Assembly: GCA_963823335.1 (NCBI GenBank) | Contig: CAWGLD010000001.1 | Coordinates: forward strand, 1,312,001 to 1,376,000 | Length of the DNA: 64,000 nucleotides | Direction of reading: 5' to 3' | Origin: an uncultured delta proteobacterium | GTDB taxonomy: Bacteria > Desulfobacterota > Desulfobacteria > Desulfobacterales > B30-G6 | Shown: one piece after another, positions 27,382-37,333 of the stretch | How positions within the stretch are numbered: the stretch's first letter is position 1 | Layout: the number at the start of each line of letters is the position of its first letter | The notes under the pieces: generated by a model | The model's database searches: none | Told to the model about the DNA's origin: nothing | What the model saw: only the letters and a program-made list of their open reading frames with translations | Program-made: the position numbers and the translations under genes

Positions 27382-28974
27382 TTACGGCAGGGGCACGCTG
27401 GAAAGTATCGTTTTGATATCATTATCCGAAAAATTCAGACCCGCACCGAAAAAGAACGATTCATTGTCGTCCTCGCTGATAAAATCGTCTAATCCTGCAG
27501 TAAGATAGAGGTGTGAGAAGGGGAAAAAGTCCACCCGTGTCTTCAGATGCGGATTATCTTCCAGGTCAAAATCAAACGATTCGAGGGATAAAACCACGCG
27601 GTCATCGAGCAGATAATAGTCCAGAGCGATACCGCCGGTCGATTCGAAAAGCCCACCCCTCAGTCCGATGTCATAATACCTTTTGGCAACCTGGGCTGAA
27701 AATTTCAATGAGTCATAATCCGTTTTTTCTTTATGCTTCTTGGTGGTTGTTCCATCAACGGTTTTCTTGGTTTCGGTGGTGGTCTTGGTTCCGGTTGGAT
27801 CGTCCACGATCTGAAACAGGTAATATTTATCTTCTTTGGGCTGGATTCGTAGGGACAAATAAGATTTCAGGGCTTCTTCCTTGGTCAGGTATTCGCCCCG
27901 GTAGTCCAGATACGCTTGAAAGGTTTCCTGCTTTTCCATGTACGTGTTCAGATGGGTCAATGTTTCATTAAGGGTCTCCACGGTTTCTTCGTCGCGGACA
28001 AGTCTTCCGATGGTACCTTCACCCCGATTGATGGTGGCTGTGATATCGCTGAGAGACGCCAGGGTTTTGTTGAGATTCTGAATTGAATCCTCTTTAGTGA
28101 TGAGCTGACCCAGGGTGCCTTCTCCGTTTTTAATCCGATCGGTAATTTCCTTGAGGGACGCCAGGGTCTGGTTCAGGCTCTCTACGGTCTCATCATTATT
28201 GATAAGTCTGCCGATACTCCCTTGACCTTGATTGATTTTATCTGTAATTTCAGTCAGGTTTGCCACCAGGGGTTTCATGGTTCCGATAACGCTCCTGGTG
28301 CTGCTGATGATGCTGCCGATATCCTCCTTATTACCTTCGCCAATCTCTTTTAATGTTCCGGTAAAGGTGATCAGGTTGTCAACGATGACATCAATATTCT
28401 CTCTGTTTTTCTGGACTGTCTGGTTCAATGCCGTCACCACTTCTTGGACATTGTTAATAATCGCGCGAAGCGTGGCTTCTCCGGAATCCGTGCCGAGGAC
28501 CCTCGAGAGCGAACGGGTGAGGTCGTTGATGTTTGTAGCGACCTCACCCAGGGTGTTCATGAGCACATCCATGTCGGTGATGGGAGCTGTGCGGGTAATG
28601 CGTCCGCCCGGCGAGATAGGCGGTGCCGTAACCGAACCAGGTATAAGCTCGACGTATTTATCCCCCAGGATTCCCCGGGTTCGAATGATCGCAGTGTCCT
28701 CTTTACGGATGATAAGGCCCGGGTTCATCCTAAGCACAACCAGAGCTTTCCCATTTTGCAGGGCAATGGTCTGGACCTGTCCGACTTCAACACCGGCTAT
28801 CTCGACACTGACGTCTTTGACCAGTCCGGTGGCGGAATCGAACAGCACTTCGATATCATACCCTTTTTTTGTGGAAAAGGTCAGGTTTCCCACCTTCATG
28901 GACATATAGCCGAAAATGATAAGCCCGATGATGACAAAAAGACCCACTTTTGCTTCAGCACTGAAATTCGACAT
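27382..28974 (-). CDS. mlaD: MCE/MlaD family protein with long helical repeat region
   Basis: EAKVGLFV, GVEVGQV, GILGDKYVELIPG, three G(Q/E)G(S/T)(I/L)G(R/Q)L repeats. Confidence 0.85.
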   Translation of the reverse strand: MSNFSAEAKVGLFVIIGLIIFGYMSMKVGNLTFSTKKGYDIEVLFDSATGLVKDVSVEIAGVEVGQVQTIALQNGKALVVLRMNPGLIIRKEDTAIIRTRGILGDKYVELIPGSVTAPPISPGGRITRTAPITDMDVLMNTLGEVATNINDLTRSLSRVLGTDSGEATLRAIINNVQEVVTALNQTVQKNRENIDVIVDNLITFTGTLKEIGEGNKEDIGSIISSTRSVIGTMKPLVANLTEITDKINQGQGSIGRLINNDETVESLNQTLASLKEITDRIKNGEGTLGQLITKEDSIQNLNKTLASLSDITATINRGEGTIGRLVRDEETVETLNETLTHLNTYMEKQETFQAYLDYRGEYLTKEEALKSYLSLRIQPKEDKYYLFQIVDDPTGTKTTTETKKTVDGTTTKKHKEKTDYDSLKFSAQVAKRYYDIGLRGGLFESTGGIALDYYLLDDRVVLSLESFDFDLEDNPHLKTRVDFFPFSHLYLTAGLDDFISEDDNESFFFGAGLNFSDNDIKTILSSVPLP

Positions 28975-28980
28975 GATTTC

Positions 28981-29724
28981 CTAACCCCTGTCAGGGATAA
29001 ATTTACATTCGACAAACTGTCTTAGTACCGGATTGCTCGAGGACCTTATATCTTCCGGAGATCCATAGGCAATGATCTTGCCATTATACAACATTGCGAC
29101 CCTGTGGGCAATTTTAAAGGTCGATTCGATGTCATGGCTGATAACCACACAGGTTGCGCCAGTATTTTGCTGGGTCTCGACGATGAGCTGATCGATGGCA
29201 TCACACATGATGGGGTCAAGACCGGTAGTGGGTTCGTCGAATAGGATAATTTTGGGGTCGAGAGCAAGGGCTCTGGCGAGTCCGACCCGCTTGCGCATTC
29301 CTCCGGACAATTCCGAAGGTAATTTTTCCGTTACACCTTTTAGCCCAACCTGCAGCAGTTTTTCCGTGACAAGCCGTTGTACTTCTTTTTTCGAAAGTCG
29401 CCGATGTTCATTGAGAGGGAAAGCCACGTTTTCGCCAACGGTCATGGAATCGAAGAGGGCCGCATCCTGAAAAAGCATACCGAAATTTTTACGCATTTCG
29501 TTCAACCCTGCCTCATTCAATCCGGAGATATCGATGTCGTCTACAAGGATTCGACCCGAATCCGGTTTGACGAGACCGATAATATGTTTCAAAAGGACAC
29601 TCTTGCCTCCTCCGCTCTGACCGATGATAACGGTAATTTTTTTTGATTCAATGGTCAGATCGAGTTCATCCAGAACCTGTTGTTTACCAAAGGATTTTGA
29701 AATATTTTCGAGTGTAATTTTCAA
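28981..29724 (-). CDS. mlaF: ABC transporter ATP-binding protein MlaF/Mkl
   Basis: GQSGGGKS, FQDAALFDSM, LSGGMRKRVGLARA, DEPTTGLDP. Confidence 0.9.
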   Translation of the reverse strand: MKITLENISKSFGKQQVLDELDLTIESKKITVIIGQSGGGKSVLLKHIIGLVKPDSGRILVDDIDISGLNEAGLNEMRKNFGMLFQDAALFDSMTVGENVAFPLNEHRRLSKKEVQRLVTEKLLQVGLKGVTEKLPSELSGGMRKRVGLARALALDPKIILFDEPTTGLDPIMCDAIDQLIVETQQNTGATCVVISHDIESTFKIAHRVAMLYNGKIIAYGSPEDIRSSSNPVLRQFVECKFIPDRG

Positions 29725-30491
29725 AACATAACCGTGGTCAGAAAGTAATCGCTGATCAATATGGACACGGATGCGTAGACAACGGCCTGGGTGGTCGCTC
29801 TCCCCACGCCGGCAGCGCCGCCGGTGGTGTTAAAGCCCTTGTAACAGCCGATCAAGGTCAAGATCAAACCAAAAACAGCAGATTTTATCAACCCGTTGAA
29901 AATGTCATGGATAGTGACGAATTCGATGATTCTGGCAACAAAGATACCGGAGTTGATATTCAGCAGGTGAACACCCACAAAATAGCCACCCAGGATACCG
30001 ATGAAGTCCGAGGTGACCGTCAATATGGGCAGCATGACGATTCCGGCCAAGATACGGGGCATGATGAGATATTGAACCGGATTTACAGACATGGTGTAGA
30101 GTGCGTCGATCTGTTCTGTAACACGCATGGTTCCGATTTCGGCGGCCATGGAAGAACCCGTCCGTCCGGTAACCATCAAGGCGGTGATTGCGGGGCCCAA
30201 TTCTCTGGTCATAGACAACGCCACGGTTGCGCCCACAAGACTTTCCCCCCCAAACATTCTAAAGCCATAGTAAGTCTGTATGGCGAGAACCATTCCGGTG
30301 AAAGCGCCGGTTATCAGAACCACGGGCAAGGAACCGACCCCTACAAATGCCATTTGTTTGAAGATAACGTGAAATCGGAAAGGTGGCCGGAAGAGCCACG
30401 AAACCGTTGATAGAAACAGGAGTAAAACTTTGCCGAATTCTTCTGTTAAAAGAATGAAGGGTCTACCGCTGAGCTCGAGAATTTTTATCAT
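29721..30491 (-). CDS. mlaE: ABC transporter permease MlaE
   Basis: GVGSLPVV, RELGP, AEIGTMRVTEQIDAL, GVGRATT. Confidence 0.92.
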   Translation of the reverse strand: MIKILELSGRPFILLTEEFGKVLLLFLSTVSWLFRPPFRFHVIFKQMAFVGVGSLPVVLITGAFTGMVLAIQTYYGFRMFGGESLVGATVALSMTRELGPAITALMVTGRTGSSMAAEIGTMRVTEQIDALYTMSVNPVQYLIMPRILAGIVMLPILTVTSDFIGILGGYFVGVHLLNINSGIFVARIIEFVTIHDIFNGLIKSAVFGLILTLIGCYKGFNTTGGAAGVGRATTQAVVYASVSILISDYFLTTVMF

Positions 30492-30665
30492 AAAGACCTG
30501 TTGTGAACATTCTAACCCGTCCGATAAAATGTGTCGATCACATGGCCGATGGTTCAATATCAGAACATATAGGGAAGGAAGCGAATAAAGTCAAGAGCAT
30601 GCGGCGTCTAAAGAAGTTTCCCGCCATATTTGTACGCAACGGGATAAAATTGTCGCTTTGAAGCA

Positions 30666-30711
30666 ACACCATATATAGTAATTTTGTCTAACAAGATACA
30701 ATATATGGCAA
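30666..30711. promoter_or_regulatory. Two NrdR-box-like sites
   Basis: ACACCATATATAGTAA (30666) and ATACAATATATGGCAA (30696) resemble acaCwAtATaTwGtgt; 30 nt apart. Confidence 0.4.
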
Positions 30712-30720
30712 TTGAGTAAC

Positions 30721-30755
30721 AATTATATATAATTTATATATAATTTTACTTGACA
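30721..30755 (+). promoter_or_regulatory. AT-rich perfect inverted repeat adjacent to a TTGACA box (putative operator)
   Basis: AATTATATATAA-T-TTATATATAATT followed by TTGACA at 30750-55. Confidence 0.45.
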
Positions 30756-30865
30756 TTGTTCAATTTCTAAGCAATTATAGAGACCAAATTCAATACATAG
30801 ACAGGTTTTTGTTCTTGAAGGGGTGACATTCATATCAAAACTTAGCAAACCAATGCATACTAGTT

Positions 30866-31063
30866 ATGACAAAAAACTCATTGAAAAAAATCCGAGAATC
30901 GCTTTTAATGAGCAAATCTGAGCTTGCTCGTGAGGCTAATGTTTCCCCGATTACGATTACGCGTATCGAGCAAGGCATGCCGTGCCGGATGGAAACCAAG
31001 CGAAAGATACTGCTGGCGCTTGGCTTTAAGCTTTCTGACAAAAATAAAATATTCGGTGATTAA
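30866..31063 (+). CDS. Small XRE-family helix-turn-helix protein
   Basis: LKKIRESLLMSKSELAREANVSPITITRIEQG; 9 nt upstream of pilM. Confidence 0.85.
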   Translation: MTKNSLKKIRESLLMSKSELAREANVSPITITRIEQGMPCRMETKRKILLALGFKLSDKNKIFGD

Positions 31064-31072
31064 GAGCTTATT

Positions 31073-32128
31073 ATGGTTTTCAGAAGAAAAGACCATCTCG
31101 TTGGTTTGGATATTGGATCTAGAACCATCAAAGCATGCGAGATAATCGAAACAAAAAAGGGCCGGACCCTCGAAAAGTTCGGAATGATCGACATCGAATC
31201 GGGTCTCATTGAAGACGGTTCCATAAAGAATCCCGATGTCGTTGCAGGCGCCATTCGGCAGCTCTTCCAGACCCATCACATCCGGGAGCACAATGTTGCC
31301 ATATCCATTGGCGGCTATTCCGTCATTGTGAAGAAGATCAATGTCCAGACGATGTCTGAAGACCAGCTGCAGGAAAGTATTCAATTCGAGGCAGAGCAGT
31401 ATATTCCTTTCGATATCAACGATGTGAATCTTGATTTTCAGATGCTGGGTGAAAATGAGCAAAATCCCAATCAGATGAGCGTGTTGTTGGTTGCAGCCAA
31501 GAAAGACATGGTAAGCGATTATGTAAACCTCGCCCAGATGGCCGGTTTGAATCCCTGCATTATCGACATCGATGCCTTTGCTCTTCAAAATATATTTGAG
31601 GTCAGCTACGATTCAAAAGATGAAAACATCGCTTTGATCGATATCGGCGCCAGCAAGACATCTTTGAACATTCTTAAAGACGACGCCTCCGTATTCATGC
31701 GGGATGTTTCTCTTGGGTGCGGACAGATCAATCAGAGAATTGCCTCTATCACCGATTCGACCATGGAGGAGGCAGAAAAACTCAAATTTGGTGATCAGAG
31801 CGACAAGCTTTCCAATGAAGACCTGGCCGATATCGTATCTGCCGTCGTAACGGACTGGTGTACAGAAATTCGCCGTGCTCTCGATTTTTTCTATTCAACC
31901 TATCCGGACGAACAGATCAAGAAGATCGTACTAAGCGGTGGCGGTGGCGGTATCAAGGAATTCCGGCAGTTGTTGGCAGTGGAAACATCAGCAGAAGTTC
32001 AGACCATCAATCCTTTTGAAAACATTGTCGCCGACGAAAGCCGTTTTGATCCATCTTATATCGAAAGCATCGCTCCCCAGGCTGCTATTTGTATGGGGCT
32101 TGCGATCAGAAGAGTGGATGACAAATGA
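31073..32128 (+). CDS. pilM: Type IV pilus assembly protein PilM
   Basis: VGLDIGS, EAEQYIPF, LDFQ, LIDIGASKT, LSGGGG, GLAIR. Confidence 0.95.
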   Translation: MVFRRKDHLVGLDIGSRTIKACEIIETKKGRTLEKFGMIDIESGLIEDGSIKNPDVVAGAIRQLFQTHHIREHNVAISIGGYSVIVKKINVQTMSEDQLQESIQFEAEQYIPFDINDVNLDFQMLGENEQNPNQMSVLLVAAKKDMVSDYVNLAQMAGLNPCIIDIDAFALQNIFEVSYDSKDENIALIDIGASKTSLNILKDDASVFMRDVSLGCGQINQRIASITDSTMEEAEKLKFGDQSDKLSNEDLADIVSAVVTDWCTEIRRALDFFYSTYPDEQIKKIVLSGGGGGIKEFRQLLAVETSAEVQTINPFENIVADESRFDPSYIESIAPQAAICMGLAIRRVDDK

Positions 32129-32727
32129 TACGAATCAACCTATTGCCTTTCAGGGCTGCCCGTAAAAAGGAGAATGTCAGGAGACAGATATCCTTCTTTC
32201 TGCTTTCTTTTGCACTCATTATTATTGCAGTGGTCTACTGGAATATATGGCTGGGCAACAAAATTACTAAATTGAAGGCTCGCAACCAGGATACCGTCAC
32301 TCAAATTGCTAAATATGAAAAAATCAATGCCGAGATTGCTCAGATCAAAAAGACCCTCAGCAATTTAGAACAAAAAATCAAAGTGATAGAGACGCTCGAA
32401 GGTGGTCGTAAGGATGCGGTGAATCTTTTGGAATCCATGACCGAATTGATTGTCAAAGAGCGCATGTGGTTCACCAGTTTAAATGTTCAGGGGGGCAACA
32501 TTACGATTCATGGGGTTGCACTGGATGAGAGGACCATTGCCGATTTCATGAGAAATCTGGAAGGGAACGGAACCGGGCCTTACACCAATGTTACATTGAA
32601 GTCGATTCAACAACAGCAAATCAAAGGTAAGGATCTGAACTTAAAAAGTTTTAATGTTACACTGACCAAGGCTGCCCCGAAAAAGGCCACAGAACCAGAG
32701 ACCGCAGGAAAAACGAAAAAATCATGA
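32125..32727 (+). CDS. pilN: Type IV pilus assembly protein PilN
   Basis: MIRINLLP motif, TM helix, coiled coil; synteny. Confidence 0.93.
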   Translation: MIRINLLPFRAARKKENVRRQISFFLLSFALIIIAVVYWNIWLGNKITKLKARNQDTVTQIAKYEKINAEIAQIKKTLSNLEQKIKVIETLEGGRKDAVNLLESMTELIVKERMWFTSLNVQGGNITIHGVALDERTIADFMRNLEGNGTGPYTNVTLKSIQQQQIKGKDLNLKSFNVTLTKAAPKKATEPETAGKTKKS

Positions 32728-33350
32728 AAAAATCAAATCTTTCCATGCAAATATTTGCACCTGCTATCGAATGGGTAGAAGCCAGAACCAAATTGCAGCG
32801 TATACTGATTTATGCTTCGGCCATTGTTCTTCTTGTGGGGGCCTTTGCATATTTTGCTTATCTGCCGAAACACAAGGAGATCGGCACCCTGGAAACAGAG
32901 TACAAGAAACTTGCAGAACAACTTGACAAGGCAAGAAAGACTGCCAAACAACTCAATTACTATCGCACAAAAATGAAGGCTGCAGAAGCCCAGTTCAATA
33001 TCGTCATGAAAGCACTGCCGGAGAAAGAAGAAATCCCAACCTTGCTGAACGGCATCTCACAGGCGGCCAGAGATGCAGGCCTTGATATCACAAAGTTTCA
33101 GCCCAACCCGGAAATTGCAAAAGAGTTCTATGCGGAAGTACCCATTGCAATCAATGTTTCGGGAGGTTATCATAACGTGGCGATGTTTTTTGACAAGATA
33201 TCGAATTTACCCAGAATTGTAACAATCGACGCCGTCAGACTGTTACCGGACAAGGAGGGGCTTACACTTTCGACATCTTGTACGGCTGTTACATATAAGT
33301 TCATTGAACCTGTCGAAAAGAAGCCATCGGGCAAGAAAAAGAAAAAATAA
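32724..33350 (+). CDS. pilO: Type IV pilus assembly protein PilO
   Basis: LPEKEEIPTLL, FYAEVPI, GGYHNVAMFF, LPRIV. Confidence 0.93.
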   Translation: MKKSNLSMQIFAPAIEWVEARTKLQRILIYASAIVLLVGAFAYFAYLPKHKEIGTLETEYKKLAEQLDKARKTAKQLNYYRTKMKAAEAQFNIVMKALPEKEEIPTLLNGISQAARDAGLDITKFQPNPEIAKEFYAEVPIAINVSGGYHNVAMFFDKISNLPRIVTIDAVRLLPDKEGLTLSTSCTAVTYKFIEPVEKKPSGKKKKK

Positions 33351-33359
33351 TTGCAGGGA

Positions 33360-34037
33360 ATGATAGCTAACATTATGTCTAAGCATACCTTTTCCATACG
33401 TATTGCCATCTGTTTGCTGGGTCTTCTGGTTCTGATCACCGGGTGTCAGGATAAGGCCGGTGAGGTCGAAAAGACATCAACGGTTGTCAGTCAGAAAATA
33501 TCAACCGAAATGCAGAAGGTCACGCCACAACCACCTGAAATAAAAGAAGCTTTGTCGGAATCCCAGGAGGGTACGGTGGAGACAAAAACGATGACCAAGT
33601 CTGCGGCTGAAAAGTTCGATACCCAGTCACTGATTCCTGACCTGGCGCTCGGATATGATTCCAAGGACAGAATAGACCCGTTTGTGCCCCTGGTGAAAGA
33701 AGAGCCGGTCGTTGTTGAAAAGAAGGAATTAGTCGAGGCAAGAAAAGGTGGGGTTATTGAAAAGCGCACCAAGACCCCCCTGGAAAAAATCGAACTCGAT
33801 CAACTGGAACTGAAAGCGATTATCATAGCCCCAAGTGGCAACAAAGCACTCGTGGAAGAATCTACTGGAAAGGGCTATATCATAAGGAAAGGTACTTATA
33901 TCGGAAGAAACGATGGCAAGGTCTTAAAAATATTGAAAGATAAGGTTGTTGTTGAGGAAATGACAGAAAATTCCGAAGGCAAAATGACAGTAAAGGAAAA
34001 AGAAATCAAACTTCCGAAACCTCCCGGAGAAGAATAA
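33360..34037 (+). CDS. pilP: Type IV pilus lipoprotein PilP
   Basis: Lipobox LITGC, RIDPFVP, PLEKIELDQL, GTYIGRNDG. Confidence 0.9.
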   Translation: MIANIMSKHTFSIRIAICLLGLLVLITGCQDKAGEVEKTSTVVSQKISTEMQKVTPQPPEIKEALSESQEGTVETKTMTKSAAEKFDTQSLIPDLALGYDSKDRIDPFVPLVKEEPVVVEKKELVEARKGGVIEKRTKTPLEKIELDQLELKAIIIAPSGNKALVEESTGKGYIIRKGTYIGRNDGKVLKILKDKVVVEEMTENSEGKMTVKEKEIKLPKPPGEE

Positions 34038-34038
34038 C

Positions 34039-36435
34039 ATGGCAGACTCAAGGAAAAATTTGTTTACCCAAACAGCAATCATCTTGGCTCTGATTGCATG
34101 GATGATGGTACTAGGGGCTTGTTCAGCGAAACAGCCGTCGGTTTCACCGGAGGTTGTTAAGCCACTTGAACTCAAGGCAATCCAATCGATTTCTACGGTG
34201 CAGGAAAACGATCAATTCAAAATAGAAGTTGGCAGCGATCGACTGTTGACCTACACCTCTGTCAAAAAACCATCTCCCCTGAGTGTTGTGCTTTATTTTC
34301 CTGAAACCGTGATAGACGGTGCTGTAACAGATATCGTCATCGATAGTGACGTGGTAAATTTTGTAACGGCATCGGCGATTTCGAGCGAGGGACAGGCCGC
34401 CAGAATTGAGATCGGACTCAAGCAGGATGCCCCTTATGAAGTGATCCGTGGAGAAAGCGGCCTGAGTGTCGTGTTCAATACGGCTGTCGGCGAAAAAACA
34501 CGTGAAACCGTAATGAGCACAGGTACCAAGACAACGTCACCTGTATCGGCAGTTAGCCAGCCGGCCATCGTTGTTGCCAGCGAAACCACAACCGAGGAGA
34601 CCACCGATGTCGCTCAGAACGCCATGGCGAGTGCGGCAGAAAGCTCTTCAACGGTGAAAGAATCCCCAGGGCCAGGGTTGGCCTGGATCAACAGAATCGA
34701 TTTCGCCAGTGAAGAGGCTGGAAAATCGACGGTTATTATTGGAACGACACATCCTGTAACTTACAGTATCAAGAAAAAAACCGACACATGGATTCAACTG
34801 CAATTAAACAACACCAACCTTCCCGATTACCGAAAACACCCCTTGGTAACCACGCGGTTTGAAAGTGCAGTCAACCGAATTCTGCCGGTTCAAAAACTTG
34901 AAATGAAAACGGAGACGCTCTTTTCCTTTGAGCTGCGTGAGTCCGTGCCCTTCTTTGTGGAGCAGAACGGAAATTTTATCATGGTTCATTTTGAGGCCTC
35001 ATCTATTCCGCCAAAACCGCTGGCGGAAGCGGATCTGCCTCCATGGAAAACGATTATGGCCGAGTTGGCCATACAGGGCCAGGCCGAAACAACGGACGCC
35101 AACGTCCAAGGGCTGACACAGGCGACCGGAGAGAAACCGGTTGAAGCTGCAGTAGAAACGAACGATGCCTCCATGACCATGGCGCCCTCTCAAATGCCAA
35201 GAAGATATAGCGGCGAAAAGATCGCTCTTGACTTCTTTGAAACAGATATCAAGAATGTATTTCGCATCCTGAGAGAAATCAGCGGCAAAAATTTTGCCAT
35301 CGACAAAGATGTTTCAGGCCAGGTAACTTTGACCCTCGACAAACCGGTTCCCTGGGACCAGGTCCTGGATCTGGTTTTACGGATGAACCAGCTGGGAAAA
35401 GTCCATGAGGACACTATAATTCGCATTGCAACGTTGAACACGCTTAAAAGCGAAGAAGAACTCAAGGCCGCTAAAATTGCAGCTGCCCAGGAGGTTTTGC
35501 AGCAGGAGAAGGCTCTGGAACCGTTGGTCACAGAGTATATTGCCGTCAATTACAGCAATGCCACAACCGAGATCCTGCCCCACATCAAAAATATTCTGAC
35601 ACCGGAGAGAGGGACGGTCAGTGTCGATACCCGCAACAACCAGATTATCCTGACCGATACCGCTGATAAAGTCTGGCAGGCAAAAGAAATCGTCAATCGG
35701 ATCGACAAGGTGACTCCCCAGGTTATCATCGAGGCACGTATTGCAGAAGTGAATACCGACGTTTCAAGCGAGTTCGGTTTTGACTGGGATCTGAACGTCG
35801 GGCCTTCCAACAATGATTTCCTCAATGGGAATCTGGCCGGCGATATGGCCATGAATTTTCCGGCGGCGGCCGCTAACTCAAGCATCGGTTTTAATTTCGC
35901 TAAACTCACGGGAACGCCCGTTGTCTTGAACGCGCGTCTCAATGCGCTGGAAACAAATGGTGATGGCAAGATTATTTCATCACCCAAGATCGTGACTCTG
36001 GACAACAAGAAAGCCAAAATAAAGCAGGGTATTGAATATCCGTATCTCGAAAGGGACGATACCGGCGGCTCTTCCGTTTCGTTTAAAGACATCGACCTGC
36101 TCCTGGAAGTCACACCGCATGTTACCCCGGACAATCGTGTTTCCATGGAAATCGTCATAACAAAAAACGACATCGACAGCATCACCAATGGCGTGCCATC
36201 CCTGTCGACCAATGAAGCAGAGACGGAACTGCTGGTAAACGATGGTGACACCATCGTTATCGGCGGTATCATGAAAACCCGCAAAATCAATGCCAGCCGC
36301 GGGTTTCCCTGGCTATCCAAAATTCCGGTGCTGGGCTGGTTTTTTAAAACAGAATCCGACTCAAAAGAGAGTTCAGAGCTACTGATTTTCATTACACCCA
36401 AGATTGTAAAACTGGAACAGCGCCAGATACTTTAG
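34039..36435 (+). CDS. pilQ: Type IV pilus secretin PilQ
   Basis: AMIN-like N-terminal domains, YSGEKIALDF, VPWDQVLD, QVIIEARI, GFPWLSKIPVLGWFFK, ELLIFITPKI. Confidence 0.95.
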   Translation: MADSRKNLFTQTAIILALIAWMMVLGACSAKQPSVSPEVVKPLELKAIQSISTVQENDQFKIEVGSDRLLTYTSVKKPSPLSVVLYFPETVIDGAVTDIVIDSDVVNFVTASAISSEGQAARIEIGLKQDAPYEVIRGESGLSVVFNTAVGEKTRETVMSTGTKTTSPVSAVSQPAIVVASETTTEETTDVAQNAMASAAESSSTVKESPGPGLAWINRIDFASEEAGKSTVIIGTTHPVTYSIKKKTDTWIQLQLNNTNLPDYRKHPLVTTRFESAVNRILPVQKLEMKTETLFSFELRESVPFFVEQNGNFIMVHFEASSIPPKPLAEADLPPWKTIMAELAIQGQAETTDANVQGLTQATGEKPVEAAVETNDASMTMAPSQMPRRYSGEKIALDFFETDIKNVFRILREISGKNFAIDKDVSGQVTLTLDKPVPWDQVLDLVLRMNQLGKVHEDTIIRIATLNTLKSEEELKAAKIAAAQEVLQQEKALEPLVTEYIAVNYSNATTEILPHIKNILTPERGTVSVDTRNNQIILTDTADKVWQAKEIVNRIDKVTPQVIIEARIAEVNTDVSSEFGFDWDLNVGPSNNDFLNGNLAGDMAMNFPAAAANSSIGFNFAKLTGTPVVLNARLNALETNGDGKIISSPKIVTLDNKKAKIKQGIEYPYLERDDTGGSSVSFKDIDLLLEVTPHVTPDNRVSMEIVITKNDIDSITNGVPSLSTNEAETELLVNDGDTIVIGGIMKTRKINASRGFPWLSKIPVLGWFFKTESDSKESSELLIFITPKIVKLEQRQIL

Positions 36436-36464
36436 CCGGCGCGTTCTTTCTGCCCCCTCCCCAG

Positions 36465-36507
36465 AAAAAAGCCCGCCATCGCAATGGTGCGATGAGCGGG
36501 CTTTTTT
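36465..36507. terminator. Bidirectional intrinsic terminator
   Basis: AAAAAAGCCCGCCATCGC...GCGATGAGCGGGCTTTTTT between convergent genes. Confidence 0.85.
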
Positions 36508-37273
36508 ATTGACGGCTTTTTATTTTTAAAATCTCTATTTGCGCAGTTTCTGCAAGGGGTGTGTTGGGTGACAGGGATAAGACCTTCTGGTAGGCAAGCA
36601 AGGCCATCTGGGTATTACCTGACATATGGTGAGCGTTACCCAGCTCCAGGTAAAGCTCTGCTGACTGGGGTGCGCTTTTGACCGCTTTTTCAAGTATCGC
36701 CGCCGCCTGGTAGGTTTTGTTAGTGGCGACATAGGTTCTAGCCAGACCCCGGAGGGCTAGAACAAAGTTAGGCTCCAGATCGAGTGCCTCCAGATAGTAT
36801 TTTTCCGCATTGGTATAATCCTGCTTGTTGAAGTAGGCAATGCCCATATTCGTTAGGGGAAAATGGGGCGTGGCGTAGAGCATATCACCGGCGACGGTCT
36901 TGAATTGCTCAATGGCGGCATCCCAGTCCTGTTTTGCCATGTATACGGTACCCAGATTATTTTTTGCGGGTGCGTATTCGGGACGGATACGGATGGCCTT
37001 TTGGAAGTGAAATTCAGCCTTGTCGAAATGCTGCTTTGCCATGTAAGCCAGACCCAGGTCGTTGTGCAGCAAATGATCGTTGGAATAGAGTTTTTCGGCC
37101 TTTAAAAGCTCTTTGAGCGATTCCGTATAGTTTCCCTGCTGCATGTAGGCCTCTCCCAGAACCCGTGTCGTACGGGCCTGTTGTTTGCGTTGTTCCAGCC
37201 CTCCGGCACAGGCGATCATCGTGACCAGCCATGGAATTGCAAGCACATATAGTAGATTTGTTTTTCGTGTCAT
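36506..37273 (-). CDS. TPR lipoprotein, PilW/PilF/Tgl pilotin-like
   Basis: Lipobox MIAC, TPRs (NDLGLAY, AKNNLGTVY), LYATP motif; next to pilQ. Confidence 0.8.
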   Translation of the reverse strand: MTRKTNLLYVLAIPWLVTMIACAGGLEQRKQQARTTRVLGEAYMQQGNYTESLKELLKAEKLYSNDHLLHNDLGLAYMAKQHFDKAEFHFQKAIRIRPEYAPAKNNLGTVYMAKQDWDAAIEQFKTVAGDMLYATPHFPLTNMGIAYFNKQDYTNAEKYYLEALDLEPNFVLALRGLARTYVATNKTYQAAAILEKAVKSAPQSAELYLELGNAHHMSGNTQMALLAYQKVLSLSPNTPLAETAQIEILKIKSRQ

Positions 37274-37333
37274 ATAAGCTCCCAACGCTATCAGCGAATT
37301 TCGGTTATGAACATGCCGGGCTGTTTGATCGTT

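Noticed and set aside
35550-36401. Long antisense ORFs (283 aa opposite pilQ; likewise 51907-52764, 28232-28909, 16126-16779)
   Set aside because: Shadow frames of well-supported genes, with no motifs or RBS
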